A stretch of DNA of 64,000 nt from the human T2T-CHM13v2.0 reference genome, Homo sapiens, in assembly GCF_009914755.1 (NCBI RefSeq), contig NC_060938.1. One strand, given 5' to 3'. A model generated the notes under the pieces. That model was not told where the DNA came from. It saw nothing but the letters and a program-made list of their open reading frames with translations, and did no database searches. The number at the start of each line of letters is the position of its first letter. Within the stretch, counting starts at the first letter, position 1. A program made the position numbers and the translations under genes. This document shows, piece after piece, positions 49,383 through 64,000 of this stretch.

Positions 49383-50799
49383 TCATGAGTGCGCAAGTGA
49401 AAGTATGGAAAATGACTTTTTGTCTTTGACCTTGTCTGATTGTGCCTTTCCCTGTGATTTCCTAGCCACTAATTTATTCTATCCCTTTCAAGCCATGTGC
49501 AGTATGAATGAATATAGAGAACTAATAATAATTAAATATATGGATAGCTTGAATGAATACAGTAAACACATATTAATGAATTTCAACTTTTTCTTTCTTT
49601 TTCTATTTCTCTTTCCTCTCAAACGCTAATTCTTCTGTGTTGTGGCCATCTTCATTATCTTTCTAAAATGGAGTGTATATGTGGCATGGAAATTGTGAGT
49701 TTGTGTATAAGCCTGATTATTTAGGTATATGTAACAGTGTCTCTCTCACTAATTACTTTGAACCTGAAGACCCACTAATTTCTCTGTGACAAGGTTTATT
49801 TTTTCTTCTTAGACACAGAGGAGAAAGGAAGTAGTGTGCTGTACAAAAATATATTGACCTTAAGACACTTAAGTGCCACAATAGAGTTATTTGTGTCAGA
49901 GAATTGCTTTGATGATCTTGTGTATTCCCTATATAAGCTGATACCTTTGATTCATCATAGAGGTGCACAGTAATCTCAGAGATGTATGAAAATAACATCA
50001 CAAGGATATGATATCTGCAAATTTTATCTCCCAAGACTACTAGTGTTTGAGTCTTTCTCCTCTTGGACTTGCTTGGATAATTTGTTTCTTTCTTTTTTTT
50101 TTTTTTTTTTTTTTTTTGCCTTTTCCCTTAGCTTCTCTGCCTTAAGTTTCTAAGCAGACTCCATTTCCAGTGCTTTGGAAAAATTAACAGCATGTGGGTG
50201 GTTATTGCTTAATTTAGGCATAGTTTAGTGAGCTGCAGTTTATTATACTGGACTTATGGTTTTCTTCTCTTTCTTTTACTCTGTCTTTCCTCTCCATGGT
50301 ACAAGAATATGTTATTTCATCTTTACGAATCGTTTATCTGAGAATCTCAGAGCCAAATTGTTTAGCTCTTTCCTTTAACTCAGAAACTCTTGCCTCAGAC
50401 CAATAAGGAGGGCTGACTTCTTCATCACTAAAAGTCATTCTCAAAGGAAATTGTAGAACCCTCTTTGGTATCCATTTTAAAAGTCAAGTAATCATTACTG
50501 TCAGCCATTTACCTGGTGATGCCACTTATTAGAATCTTAGCAGAGATGGAAAAGCAAGAGCCTATGTATCATAATGTATTCTCTGTCAAACTATAAGCAA
50601 GCTATAAGCATTGCACTTCAGAGTTTCTATCTTCATAACGCATATTTTTGCTTCTTTTGGTATGTTTTATATTTCTTGTAACATATAGAACACTTCAAGT
50701 GTAACAATATTTATCGTATCAATAACAGCCAGATTTTAGTATGATAGTGGGATGCTTCCTAAACATATAATATTAAACACTTCTTAATAAATATTAATT

Positions 50800-51450
50800 C
50801 AGATTGGTTTATTTTAAAATAGTTAATAAGATTATACATGGAACAAAAGGCAAAATAGTAAAAATTCTTCCCACTCATCGTATTCCTCAAACTCCTTTTC
50901 CCAAAGGCAACCAAATTTATTAGGGATTTTTGTATCTTCTTTCAGGGGTAGCCTATGAGTATACAACATATAATTATATCCACGTTCTTCTCCTTTTCTT
51001 CTTTCTGCTCCTCCTTCTTTTTGACACAAATACCAACAAGCTTTTCCACATCTTATTTTTCCACTAAAAATGTCTTAGAGACTATTCCATGTAAGAATAT
51101 ATAGGTTTATTTTATTCCGTCTAATAGCCACATAACATTTCATTTTAGGGGGGTGCTATATTTTATTAAATCAGCACCGTACATTTAAATTTTTCTCAGC
51201 TTTTTACTACTAAAAATGTAAGAAGTATATACTTTTGTTCATTAGTTAATGCATACATGTATAAGAAGATCTATTGGATAAATTCCTAAAAGTAGAATTG
51301 CTGAGTCAAAAGATAAGTGCATTATAAATATTGATATATATTACCAAATTGCACTCCAAAGAGGTTTTACAAAGTTATATTTCTACCAGCAATATATGTG
51401 TTTGCTTCTCCTCACTCTTGTAACACACATCATATTATCAAACTGTATTT
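50800..51450 (-). mobile_element. L1ME-type fragment
   Basis: ggataaattcctaaaagtagaattgctgagtcaaaagataagtgcatt..ccaaattgcactccaaagaggtt. Confidence 0.7.
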
Positions 51451-52083
51451 TCATTCTCTTAAGATAGCTTTTCAAAATGTTGCTGTCACATATTTATTTC
51501 CCATAGATCTTTTCCTCCCATCCTTTAACATCTTCAAATATACATAGGGATCATTGTCATTCATGACTTTGGTGACAACTTATATCAGAAATCTTTTAAT
51601 AGCAATCTGCTGTAGCAACATTTCATATGTTAATCTTGTTTTGATAAACAGGGATATTGTAGAAAAGTAGCAATATGTTATAGTAATTTTGTGTAATTTA
51701 TCTCCTACATTATTATTGATCTGTGTTGGGATCTCAGCACAGACAGGCATTTAGTGCAATTACAAAGAGCAAGGAGGACACTGGAGCCAAATAGCCTGGG
51801 TTCAACACTTGTCTATGCCACAAATGAGCTACATGTCTTTGACAAGTTGCTTCAACTCTTAGTTTCCTCAATTGTAAGTTTCATATGAAATTTAGAAAGA
51901 ATAAAGGGAATGGGATCTAGCACCAAATTAAAAAGTAAACGTGATGTGAACTTGAGGCATTAAATTACAAATAAGTGGTTTCCAAAAGAGAGTATGCTTT
52001 GTCTCATCAAAGGAAGAAGCAGAGGAAACAGCAAAAGAGGAGGAGAAAAAGAACTTGTTCAAAGCACAAGCCTTCATAAGTTA

Positions 52084-52528
52084 TGTCTTAGTCCATTTGG
52101 TGTTGCTATAATAGAATACTTGGGGCTAGGTAATTTATAAAGATAAGAGGATTATTTGGCTCTTGATTCTGGTGGCTGAAAGTTTCAAGAGCGGGCAGTT
52201 GCATTTGGCGAGGGCTTCATGCTGCTTCCACTCATGGAGGAAGACAGAAGGGGAGGTAGTATGTGCAAAAAGATCACTTGGTGAGAGAGGAAGCAAGAGA
52301 GAGAAACCAAAGAATATAGACTCTTTTTAACAACCCACTCTAAAGGGTACTGATCTATTCCCATGTACAAAGAGAAGTCACTAACCCCTGCCTGAGGGCA
52401 TTAATCTATTTATGAGGGATTCACCCCGTGACTCAAACGCCTCCCACTGAGCACTGCCACCACAAAAAAAAAGGAAGCAAATTTCAACATGAGTTTTGGG
52501 GGGAACATACCATATCCAAACCATAGCA
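52084..52528 (-). mobile_element. MSTB-type solo LTR
   Basis: tgtcttagtccatttggtgttgctataa..aaatttcaacatgagttttgg..caaaccatagca; near TSD AGTTA/AGATA. Confidence 0.88.
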
Positions 52529-53888
52529 AGATATATGGATATAAACAAAGTTAATAGAGCTGCTGAATTCTAGGAAGGATTGCTAGACAAAGGAATAAAT
52601 TTTTAATATCTGAACATCTTAAAATAGGCAAATACCCAGCCAATGTAGAAATTTTATATTGTTAAATATCAGCTTAATAGAGGCAGTATATAGACTCATA
52701 TAACTGTTTATCAATCACAATTTGAACTGCTGTATTATGTTAAATTAGTGTACATGGTTTAGATATATAAAGTTAGTGTACCTAGTTTGGAGGTATGTAT
52801 ACACACACCTGCACACACAAAGAGTGAGAGAGAGAAATATCTAATGCCAGTACAGCCTAAAATTTTTACATTGATATCTGCCACTGTATGATTTTTATGA
52901 CTTGAAGCTACCTTGGATATAGTATATGCTTGGTAAATAATTGCTAAGTAAGTGAATGGGGTAATGAATTGTATCCATTGCGCTACCTTAATTTATTATT
53001 TATACAAAATTGTTAAGAATCAACATGCAAGGTACAAGCCTAAAAATTGTAAAGTACAGTGTTTTGTCTTGTTGTCACTCAGAAAGGAAGAAAATTAACC
53101 AAGGAGTGAATTTGTCGTCTTAACCTAATAATCTAAAGGAATATATATTACTTTCTCTGTAAAATAAGAGATTTCTGACAAATAAATATTTTCATGAAGT
53201 CTGATTGGGCCATATTTTGGTTGAAAGTAAGGAAAATTTCATGAAGGAAGATGAACGTGTATCTGTAAATATTGCATGTTGTCATTCTTCCTTGTTCTTC
53301 CTCATTCACTTATTCCATGGACATTTACTGAGAGTAAGCAGAGTTCCAAGAGCTGAGTGTCATTTTAGGAATTTATACTGCAAATTTCCAAGGAAAATGT
53401 AGGAGGAATTCTCATAGACTGAGTAATTTCTTTATCCCACCCTACTCTTCCCTTTCACATTGCCCACCTCCATTTCTTGTTTTTCTTGAAGAAATTGGAC
53501 CTCAGATGTATGTATCTCTAAAATCCAGATGAGTCTCTTATGGATTTTGTTCAGGGCTAATTCAACATTCAATTCAACATAATGATGTCTTTTTTCACAA
53601 TGTGTGTGCATTTCTCATGATGGGGCCCTAAATGCTGGTTTACTTAGGGATTTTCCTGATTTCCTTTTTTGTTTTGATTTGCCCTCCTTCATCTGACCAC
53701 TTGCTTGGAGCCTCGCAAGCTGTGTTTCTGCTCCCCTTTAAAAGGCTGATGTTTCAGGGACTGTAATTTTAGTAAAAATACTATTTCTGTTTTCCTTCTA
53801 CCTTTCCAAGATTTCTTTATGTACTCCAATCCATTTTATGTGTCTAATTGCTATAGTCAGATATACAAGGTGACAAATTCTGTAAGTA

Positions 53889-54209
53889 CAGTTGGTCCTC
53901 CATAACTGCTGGTTCTGCATCTGCAGATTCAACTAACAAAAAAATTGAAAATAATTTTAAAAAACAATAAAAAACCAATATAACAATAGAAAATAATACA
54001 AATAAAAATACATATAACAGCTATTTGCATAGCATGTACATTGTGTTAAATATTATAAGTAATTTAGAGATTAGAGTATAGGAGGATGTACATAGTTTAT
54101 ATGCACATAATATAAGACACCATTTTATATAAGGAACTTAAGCATCTACAAATTTTGGTATTCACAAGGGTCCTGGAACTAATTTCTCATGGACACCAAA
54201 TTAGGACCG
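53889..54209. mobile_element. Tigger3a/MER7-type MITE
   Basis: TA-cagttggtcctccata..gattcaac..ccattttatataaggaactt..ggtcctggaac..ggacacc..-TA. Confidence 0.8.
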
Positions 54210-54255
54210 TATTAGTTTCAGGCACAGTTTATATTTTGAAAATTAGGAGGTATTA

Positions 54256-54690
54256 TGGTAAATTTAAATGGAAACTGGGCCTGAGAAATCCCTGAGCAGA
54301 ACAAAGCCAGTTAGGCCGCATAAATGACCTTAACCTTGCTGGATTTGCAAATAAGAGCAAAAGTTAATTTGAGCTACAGCTCATAAATACCTATATTCAG
54401 AGAAAACAGAATGTAAGCTCAACCAATCAGAAGCAGCCAACAAATTTATAATTATATAACTAGGGACTTTCCAATAGGATAGGCCAAATAAGGCAACAGT
54501 GTAACTGTAATCCATCAAATATTTTCTTTGCTTTACTCGCCTATTTATCCTATAAAAGCCTGCTATTTGCATTCCCTCAGTGGAGCTCCTGAGCCACTTT
54601 TGATTCAGAGCTTCCCTGTCCAATTCATGAATCACTGTTTGTTAATAAAGTCCTTAAAATTTTTATTGTGCCTCAGTTTATCTTTTAACC
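54256..54690 (+). mobile_element. ERV1 solo LTR (LTR54/MER57-like)
   Basis: ctgagcagaacaaagccagttaggcc..aaccaatcagaag..tataaaagc..attcatgaatc..aataaa..gcctcagtttatcttttaac. Confidence 0.75.
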
Positions 54691-56982
54691 GTTTGACCTC
54701 TATGCGGTGTAGGATGTACAGTGACCATTTGGTAAGCTAATATTATTAACCTAAATTCTTTATTCTTGTTTGGTAACAAGATAAATGTATTAATGGATGT
54801 ATTTCCCTTTCATTATGCCTAATATATATAAATTATATGTATAAAGTACATATATACATATATATATATATAAATTGCAGTTGTTTTTATGCATATCATA
54901 AAAGATAATATAATTTGAATTCTGGAGTTTCCAGAATAATTAGCCACAAAATGAAAGTCTGTTTACTGATTCAAAGCATCTCAGGAAACACAGTTTCCAA
55001 TTTTGGGAAGAAAACTTTACAGACCAGGAGATGTTATTTCTAAAAAAAAAAAAAAAAAAAAAAATGGAGTAATTTTCTGGCTGTTCTGTTGACTTACTAG
55101 AATCACATAGCTTTTTAACTCTGAGTTTATTTGAAGTTAGGGAAATAAAACTAAGAAGACTTTATACATTTCCTTCTCAAAATTAAGCTGTTTCAGAGGA
55201 AATCTGACTATATAATATCTGTTCAGAAAATCATTGTCATCCCCAAGCCTGTGCCAGCCCTCTGTCAGCAGCACTGTCCTCAAAGATTCCTCAAGGGACC
55301 CTGTGGAAAAATGAAAACAAGAGAGGCTATCAAGGGGTGCAAGTAAGAGGTGCAGTGTTGAGTTATAATAATCTAAATGTCCTTCCTAAATGGCTGAAAG
55401 TATATTGCAGTAGAAAAGTATTAAAATGTGTATGTGTCCCAAAAAAGAGGCAAAATGTAATGGAGATCATGTCCTCTAAAGCAAAATATTTGGATGGTTA
55501 TGAACTCAGGATCCTCCAATAGGCCTGCTGGGGCACATTTCTTTTTTAATATCAACATATTACAAATGGGGAAACCAAGGCTCATGGACACTGAGTGCTT
55601 GACATAAAATCTCAAGGTGATGAATGGTAGGCATGAACCTTTATAAATTTAGTTTTATAATTCTTCATCATATGAGTACTCTTTTGTCCCCTAAATCAAG
55701 CTGTCTCTTAATGATGACACAGGACTTTGTTTTTAAAGGATTAATGGGGAAAAAAGAGGGGGATCACTGCAAAGGTAACGAATTAGAATATTTTTACCTA
55801 AACCGATGAATAGGAGTGGAATGAAATTTATTTCTGAAATCCAGGAGATGACAGAGAAATGAAATTGGTGTTATCCACAAGTGCGGGCAGGATAAAATCT
55901 AAAGCAATAAACAGAGGGCTGCTCCTCTGTTCCAGTATAATAAAAAGTAATATTTGAAACACAAAAGCGAGAGAGAGGAAGACCTGCTTATTTCCTGTGA
56001 GGGGTTTTCCTGTGATAGGAGGCACTTTTCTTCCTTTCCTCCCCAGAATCCGAGGAGAAGGAACTGCCCCACTGACCAGAGTGACAATGCCCATAGGACT
56101 GAAGGGGTAAGAGCAACAGAAACGGAATGCTTGAAAGGAGCAGAAACAGTGTATGGCAGCAGCAAATATGTGTCAGATAGAAAGACAAAGGGAAAGGGAC
56201 ACAAAGAAGTATTCACAATGGAGCAACACACATGTAGTGTGTTTTATAATGCTGGAAAAATTCTGTACCTTTCCCATCTCACAGAGAAAAGAGAACACAA
56301 AGGAAGATGGATAAAAAAAAAAAATGATGCAGCCACTGGGCCGGTTATCTCTGGCTAGAGAAGGATTACCATTTCCTTACAAAAAGAAATTGATAATTGA
56401 AATTAAACTCAGATTGCCCAGGTATACCTGCCGGCAGTTGGAATGTTTAACTTAACTGCTCGGTTTACTTATTGACAAGCAAACTCCCTTTTACTAATAG
56501 AACCAATTTACAAAACTTTCCGGTCATCATAAATAGAAAAGCCAGATATGGTAACACCGCGATGACTAGTTAAGTACTCAGGTACTTATCCATGACTTTG
56601 ATTATCCATCCTCCTACATATCTGATAGAAAACACAAGGAGTAGGAATCTCATGGTTAACATTTCAAAGGCATGAAAATTGAATACTAAGTGAAGATACA
56701 ACTTCATTCTTTCCCCTCTTCATATCTTCCTGGACCCTTTTTCTCCTTTGTCACAGCAAAATAATATAGGCTACTAAGTCTATGCACAAGGATATTTGCA
56801 ATAAACATTTGACAGTCTTTGCTATTGCTATATGAAGTGCATGCACTTGACAGGTGGCTACTAATTATTATAGTAAAAACAATAGCATTGAGTGATTTCT
56901 GCCATTATGGGATAAGAAGTTTGCTGGCATTATCTTATTTAATCTTCACCACAATCTTATAAGGTAGGTGTCATTACCCTCA

Positions 56983-57350
<368 letters not shown>

Positions 57351-58189
57351 AGAAATGAGACTTAGTCATATGGAATGTTTTGCCTAGCTTCAGATTCAGT
57401 CTACTCCATTCCAAAGCCTCTGCTCCTCACCATTGTACATATTGCCTCTGCCACTTGTATGCTGAAGTGTTAATGCCTAAATGAATGAAATCTATCACTC
57501 TAGAACAAGTGCTGATGGTCCCATGAAAGAGGCCACTTCTAATCACTAATACCTCCTATCTCTGTAGGTAGTCTTTCTGAAGTCTTGACCTTCCAGAGTC
57601 AAGCTCCCTCAGCTCAGCTCTATAGGCATATTAGTGCCCCATGCTTGCCATAACCAGTCTCGAAGGCATTGTCTATTTCAGTGACTGAAAGGTACTTGGC
57701 ATTTAGAGATGCATAGAAGATGAATTAGGAATTATTATTCAGGAACAGAGACAACTAAGAAGAGGATAACATTAGAATGCCATAATTCAACTTATGTTTA
57801 TTACTGATGAATCACTCTCCACATGACTGATGCTTTGTTGACCTTCTCTTGGTAATGCTGGTACTCTCTGTCTCTTATTTCCTTCCATTGTACTCTAGTC
57901 CTCTAGTCTTAGCCAACAGGTTGTGGCTGCTGCAATCCCCGAGGCTCTTCTACGCTACCTCTGTGTCCATGCTTTGCTGTGTGCCCTATAGACTGTTCCT
58001 CTGTATCTGCCTTTGCAACAGCTGTCTGCTCATCCTTCATAACAGCTCAAGGGGTTACCACCTAGATGAAACCTTCCTTCTACTCCAGGCAGGTCTAGCT
58101 TTTTCCACCTTTAAGTTCTCCTGGCACTTCGCACATCTTTCAGAACTCTTATCACAGTTATATGCTGTAAACAAAGAATCATGGGTTTT

Positions 58190-58955
58190 ATAAAATTGGA
58201 AAGGAGAACTTTATTTCTCATAAAGGGTTGCAGCCTGCAGGCTGGCCATCCCAGAGGCTGGGAAGCATAGCCTCTGGCAAAAGCTGAGAGCAAGCACATT
58301 GAGGTGATCAGGGGTAAAGGGAACAGGAATTTATGCTGAGCAGGGTAGCTGAATATACATATTTAATACACTATAGAAAGAGTCATGAATATTTACGGAG
58401 GAGAACCATGCAAATGTGCAATTGAGCTTCATGCCTCTTCATGGGTTACACGTTAAAAAAAAAATAGCTGTGTTAGCATGATCTGAGGGTGGAGTTTTTG
58501 GCCCTCTGACATCAAAAAGTAAACCAGAGGATATGAAAATTGCCAGTGTATATCCCCCACAGGTCAGCCAAAACTGGTCCAGAGATGGTGGTTGGTTTTT
58601 AGGAAGGGATGCCTTGTGAAACTGATTAACTGTCACATCAATACTGTAAAGAGGGAGAGAGAGTCTGGTTGTGGCCTCAGGTGATTGGCTAAAGACAATA
58701 AAGAAATGGGTCACCGGCTTCTTTTTTTTTTTTTTTTTTTTTTTCCAGAGCTGGTTTCTGTTGCTCCTTAGGAAAGAATCCTGGTTAAAGGTGAATAAAG
58801 AAGGGGTATACTGAGGCATGAATATACTAAGGCATATCTACCCTCCCTGCCCATCATGGCTGGAAACTTAGTTTTTAAGGTTTCTCTGGGTACTCCTTGG
58901 CCAATAGGGGATTCTGTTCATTCAGTCAAGGGACTTGAGATTTTATTTTTAGTTA
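58190..58955 (-). mobile_element. MER4-group (ERV1) LTR
   Basis: ctttatttctcataaagggttgcagcctgcaggctggccatc..gagtcatgaatattt..tttttaaggtttctctggg..ttttatttttagtt. Confidence 0.75.
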
Positions 58956-59369
58956 TCTATTCTTTATTTGTTTCCATGAGTATCTTCAGAACCAACCTCT
59001 GGACTCCTCATGATTTGGGGAAATGCACTATTCATCATTGTATCTTCACCATCTAGCACGGTGCTAATCATATAGAAGGCATTAGTGAACACTTATTGAA
59101 TTAACAATTGTAAGTTTAATGACTTGAAACTTTGAGCCACAGGAGAAATCTGTAGATAAACACAGATTTCTTAGTAAGAGGAAAATTATTCCATCCTTAC
59201 AAAGACAGAAATCTCAGCAGATCAGATGAAAATACCATAGATTATCATAATGAGGGCACTTGCCCAACTCTTGAAGGGAAATATGTTTTTAGAAACCCTT
59301 ATTAAATACTACAATATCAGAAGGCTAAATTTAAATTAAAAAAATGTGATTCCAAAACAATCTGAGCAC

Positions 59370-59590
59370 AACGGGGTGACCACAGTCAACAATATTTCAT
59401 TGTACATTTAGAAATAACTAAAAAAAATACTAGGATTGTTTGTAACACAAAGAAATGGTAAATGCTTGAGGTGAAGGATACTCCATTTACCCTGATGTGA
59501 TTATTACACATCATATGCCTGTATCAAAATATTTCATATACTCAATAAATATATACACCTACTATGTACCCATAAAAATTAAAAATATAA
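59370..59590 (+). mobile_element. L1MA 3' end
   Basis: ggggtgaccacagtcaacaat..aatgcttgaggtgaaggatactccatt..gtacccataaaaattaaaaa. Confidence 0.88.
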
Positions 59591-59740
59591 CAGTAAAAAT
59601 CGGATCCATCTTTTCCCTAACTAGTGGTTGTTCAAAGAGACATTTAAGGCACAAGTGTTGTTTGTGCAGTATTGTTTTGCACATATCAAATTCTAGGTTT
59701 TATGTCTTACCCACCCTGGATAGAAATTTATATCCATTCC

Positions 59741-59850
59741 AGGAGGCGGAGGTTGCAGTGAGCCGAGATTGCAACACTGCACTCCAGCCTGCATGACAGA
59801 GCGAGACTCTGCCTCAAAAAAAAAAAAAAAAAAAAGAAAAAGAAAAAGAA
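59741..59850 (+). mobile_element. Severely 5'-truncated Alu (right-arm end plus tail)
   Basis: aggaggcggaggttgcagtgagccgag..ctcaaaa; degenerate TSD aaatttatatccattcc / aaatttgcacccattcc. Confidence 0.9.
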
Positions 59851-62800
59851 AAATTTGCACCCATTCCTGTATTCTTTTTATAGGCTTCTGTAAGCTTCAA
59901 AAATGATCCTTAAAGAGATTGAAGATGATGACTCAGAGCAGAAAAATAAAACAAAAACAACATGGGTGGCAGAGTTGCGTGATAGAAAGAATGGAACCTT
60001 GAGGTCCAGTTAAACCTGCTCTGCTATTAATTAGTTTTTGGTTTTGAGGTGATTTTTCCAAGCCGTCATTATTAGTAATAAGAGCTACAATATCATTGGA
60101 TGAAGAAGAAAAATTTCTGAACAGAAGCATAGCTCCCAACCATATGTTTTCCATACCAGCATCTATACAGGCACCAAAAATCATGGATGTTCTTATAGCC
60201 TTGTGCCTCACGGCGTGAATTGCTCATTGATCATTTGAACTCGTAACAATGGAAACATCAGTTTTACCAGGCCTCCTGGGCACTTGTCTGACCTTTCTGA
60301 TTTGTCAAATGGAATTGCTTCGTTTGTAAAATGTTTCATAGGAGACAGGACAACAATCTCTGTTTGATGAAGGTGAATGTACCCAAGATAATTTCTAGGG
60401 TTTTAATGGAAGAGTTTTGTGACAGCTGGTTTAGCATCTCATGTAAAATAAATTCAAGGCCTTTTGTCTCACTGAAAGTAAGGTCACATTATTAAGAGAG
60501 AAGATCCTCCTCTACCAAAGTCACAGGGATTGACTATTCAGTTGAACCCCAGAGGGGCTAATCTGTCCCTGATAAAGTTGAGTTGGATGAGTATCATGCA
60601 TTGCATGTGTTTGCCCATGATGAGATATATGCAGAAGAAACAAGAACAATAATATAGGCCAATATTTAATGAGGACTTACCTTGTACCAGATAATGTTTT
60701 CAATTGTCACATGTATTAGATCCTTTAATTCTCACAAGGATGATATGGAGGATACAGGACCATTTACATTATTTGTGTGATCTAGTGCCAAATAAAAATG
60801 TAAGCTCCTTGTTCTAAAGGCAGAATGAAAGCTTTTTCCTTTCTTTCTCAATTTTTTAGTTAACCTGTCAAACATAGGGATACTCAGGGAGCAACTGTAG
60901 ACCCCCACAGGCACTCACGACCCCACCCCACGATTCTTTGTGTGGAGGCAGAAGGTTGCAGCAGTTGCTAGAGGGAGGCAGAAAAGTGAATGAGGAAGAA
61001 TCTGCCTGGGTAGGCAAGAACATTCAAGCCAAGGCTCCAAGTCCCTGGCTCATGTTCCATTGTGCCATTGAACTTGAAAAAACATGCACACGCATAAATT
61101 CACAGATAAAATTCTTAAGCATTTCAGGACAGTGACTAGAAAGCATTAAGCCCCAAACTCATTGGGTTCTAAGTGACTGCACTGGTTGCATACCTTTGAA
61201 TATGGTTCTAAAAGTAGGTAATAATATTATCTGAATTTTACAGATAAAGAAACTACAATTACCAGAAACAAAGTTTTTGTGTTTGTTTGTTTTGGTGATG
61301 TGTTTGTCTACCATATAATCACGAAAACATACTATGCCTATTATACAAAATTTAGCTTGTTCTATATTTTGGTATACTTTTAATACTACTGTTTTAAAAT
61401 TCTTAATTTCTCCTGCATGTCTTCCCTCATGGCTAAAGATAAATTTGGTATCCTATGAACTATGTTTTCCGTCAAGGTTTGCACAACGGCATAAAACAAT
61501 CCATCACATTTTTCTGGCCAATAGATACATGCTTTATTTCTGAATGTCAACGTTTAAGAGACTGAAGTCTGTGACTACTGTTAATTTTGCTAGTAAAAAT
61601 AAGTTCTCCCTGATTTTGGTTATTATCCATTGAAGATGTTATCTTCAATAGTTATCCATGCCTATGTCATGATATCTTCACTTCTTCCCAAATATTATCT
61701 TCCTCAGATATTCAATTGTGAATGAAAAGTCAAGCTCCTTGTCCATTTTTACTGTACCTCAGCCTTCAAAGGCCTAAATTACCATTTCATTTCTGTTGCT
61801 GATCATCAGCAACTAGAAGACAGAATTTGGATATTCTCACACCAATGTACTATTGCTGCAGAAATCCTTTGGGCTAACTGAGAGGACCGAAAAAAAAAAA
61901 AAATACAAAAGAACATTCCAGAAATAATTACCTATTCACCATCTTTAGTACAATGCTGTACAAATAATTAATTTTTGGTTCGTTATTCTCTATTCACTTT
62001 TTCCTAACATATGGACGCATATATATGGGTCCAGTGAATCCCATTCAAAGAGAATAGATGGTGGGAAAACTATTGGATGCCATCAGAATATTTTAAAGAA
62101 AAAACTGTCCTTTGAAACAAATTCTGCAGAATATTTTGAACGGAATAAGAGAAAATTGGTTTCAAGTTAATCAGTGAAAGTGAAACACTTGCTGAGGCCA
62201 TAATAACTGCCATTCCTAAGGGCTGACAGGTCATGCCATTTTCCAATGTCTTGCTGAAAAAAATAATTTGTGTAGGCTACCACTGAGTAGCCATACTGGC
62301 TTGCCTTGTTCCTGCCTTCCTTCTGATTTGGGGCACTGCAGTGGGAGCTGACATGCTGAGCTACTCAGCTGTCTCAGCCTCATGGCCAGGCCTCACTCAA
62401 AACAGTGTCCGAGGAAAATGACAACATCCCTTTGGGGAACTGAGCTAGACCTCATATAGTATTTGCATTCATGGAACAGCGTTTTCTTGTACTTACAGAA
62501 CACTTTGTTCTATTTAACAGCATACATAGTTGTATCTGATTTTATTGCCATTGCCTTTGAAGGCACACATTCATTGTGCTATGGTTTGGTAATGTTCTTC
62601 TATTCAAATTGATTTGTAACAAAGAATGGGTTTACTTGGACTCTCTGCATCTAGTGTTGGTTCATGTCGCAATTACCTGCAGGCAGCAACTGTTTATTGA
62701 TGAGGATTTTACCATAGTTTTATGTGATTACATGTTAGTTTAGCTTTCCCTTCTAAATCACCACTTAGTTTATAGTTCAATATTATCGATCCAAGTGCTA

Positions 62801-63020
62801 CCAGAGAGCAATTCTATTGATGGCATGTTACGTGTTTGGAAGGCAGTCTAACTTTCAACCCACACTCTCTTTTGGAGAGAATGTTGCTTCAACTAACAAT
62901 ATTGAGGCTCTTGCTTAAATATTCATCTCACACATTAGAGTAATTGGCATTAAATAAACTTCATATCTGAATATTTTCATTAAGAACTGGAGAGTTGGTG
63001 GTCCACTCTAAAGTGTCCAT

Positions 63021-63241
63021 ATAGAAGTTGGCTAACTTTTTCTGTAGATGGCCAGATAGTAAATATTTAGATTTAAAAGCCATATAGCCCTGTCACAACT
63101 ACTCCATTGTGCTCTTGTAGCACAAAACAGCCATAGACAATGTCTAAACTTATTGGTAAGGCTGAGTTCCAATACAACTTTATTTACTAAAACAAGTGGT
63201 AGGACAGATTTTGCCCAATGGCCATAGTTTGCTAATCCCTG
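63021..63241. mobile_element. MER58A hAT MITE
   Basis: tttttctgtagatggccagatagtaaatattt..cagccatagacaat..ggccatagtttgctaatccctg. Confidence 0.88.
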
Positions 63242-63349
63242 TTCTAGGACCCTAAGAGAGGTACATTTGTAGAAATTATGTTTGGAAAGCAGACTAGCTA
63301 CCCAGAATTCCAAACAATAGGCACATGGAAGTTTGGAAAACTCTTCATT

Positions 63350-63745
63350 TAAAGCATTTTTTAGTTCTAGATGCTGGTAATGCAATGCTGAACAAGACCA
63401 ACATGGTTTCTCTCCTTATAAGATTTGCATTAACATTTGTGAATGCATAAAGACGTAAGTGAGTTCAAGTAATGCCAAATGCAATAAATAAAATTAAACA
63501 GAGTAAAGTAAATGCCTGGATGTGGGAGGAAGTATAACTTTAGATAAAACTGCCCTGGAAGCTTTTCTGAGAAAATGATATTTGAATTTTGGACATTTGA
63601 TACTTGAATGATGAGAAGGATCTAGTCTTGGAAGGGTTTGGGAAAGAGCATTCTGTGCAGAGACATTGACAAAGGTGAAGGGCTTATGGAAGATACATAC
63701 TTGGTGTGTTTGAGGAATAGGAAGACACCAGTACGGTTGAGAAGG
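63350..63745 (-). mobile_element. L2 fragment
   Basis: gttctagatgctgg..gaacaagac..gggaaagagcattctgtgcaga..ggtgtgtttgaggaatag. Confidence 0.65.
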
Positions 63746-64000
63746 GAAAGGGACTGTTATCTCTATCTTGAACTGTCCCCATTAAACTGATCTATAATCA
63801 GAATTTTAAGTGAGTTAAATTCTCTTTCTGATTTACAATCATCCTTTCTTTTGTTCTTAGTCACTTGTGGAGGCAAATTCGCAGGTTATCTGCAGCCTTT
63901 CATGTCAAAATGTAAATGTTTATAAATTCCAACTCACCATTATTAAACTGGAAGCAAGCCAGTGTTTCAGTTGAGGGACAGTTAAATCACACTGTTTGAA

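Noticed and set aside
55954-56358. 134-aa ORF in purine-rich sequence
   Set aside because: No similarity to neurexin or any family I recognise; the next NRXN3 exon (KGPETL...) was not found in the window.

Overview
Primate (very likely human) genomic DNA from inside the neurexin-3 alpha gene (NRXN3), transcribed on the + strand. Two coding exons are recognisable. One is a 204-nt exon (38236-38439) encoding the start of the fourth laminin-G/LNS domain. The other is the 27-nt alternatively spliced 'splice site 3' (SS3/AS3) microexon (44932-44958, DCIRINCNS), which the ORF track misses. The rest is intron, filled with Alu, MIR, L1, L2, MaLR/ERV LTRs (including a complete two-LTR THE1 element) and DNA-transposon MITEs. 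Almost all listed ORFs are spurious. The 6.5-kb intron between the two exons is unusually repeat-poor. By manual base-pairing it contains a ~1.35-kb nested imperfect RNA fold-back (43094-44449, at least ten collinear helices rich in G-U pairs on the sense strand) ending ~480 nt before the microexon. It also holds further long-range complementary segments and two candidate frame-compatible exons I do not recognise (39805-39990/40076 and 40715-40750). Together these suggest a structure-based splicing control system at NRXN3 SS3; this is inference and needs testing. Repeat subfamily names are from memory of consensus sequences, and repeat boundaries are approximate unless TSDs are given.
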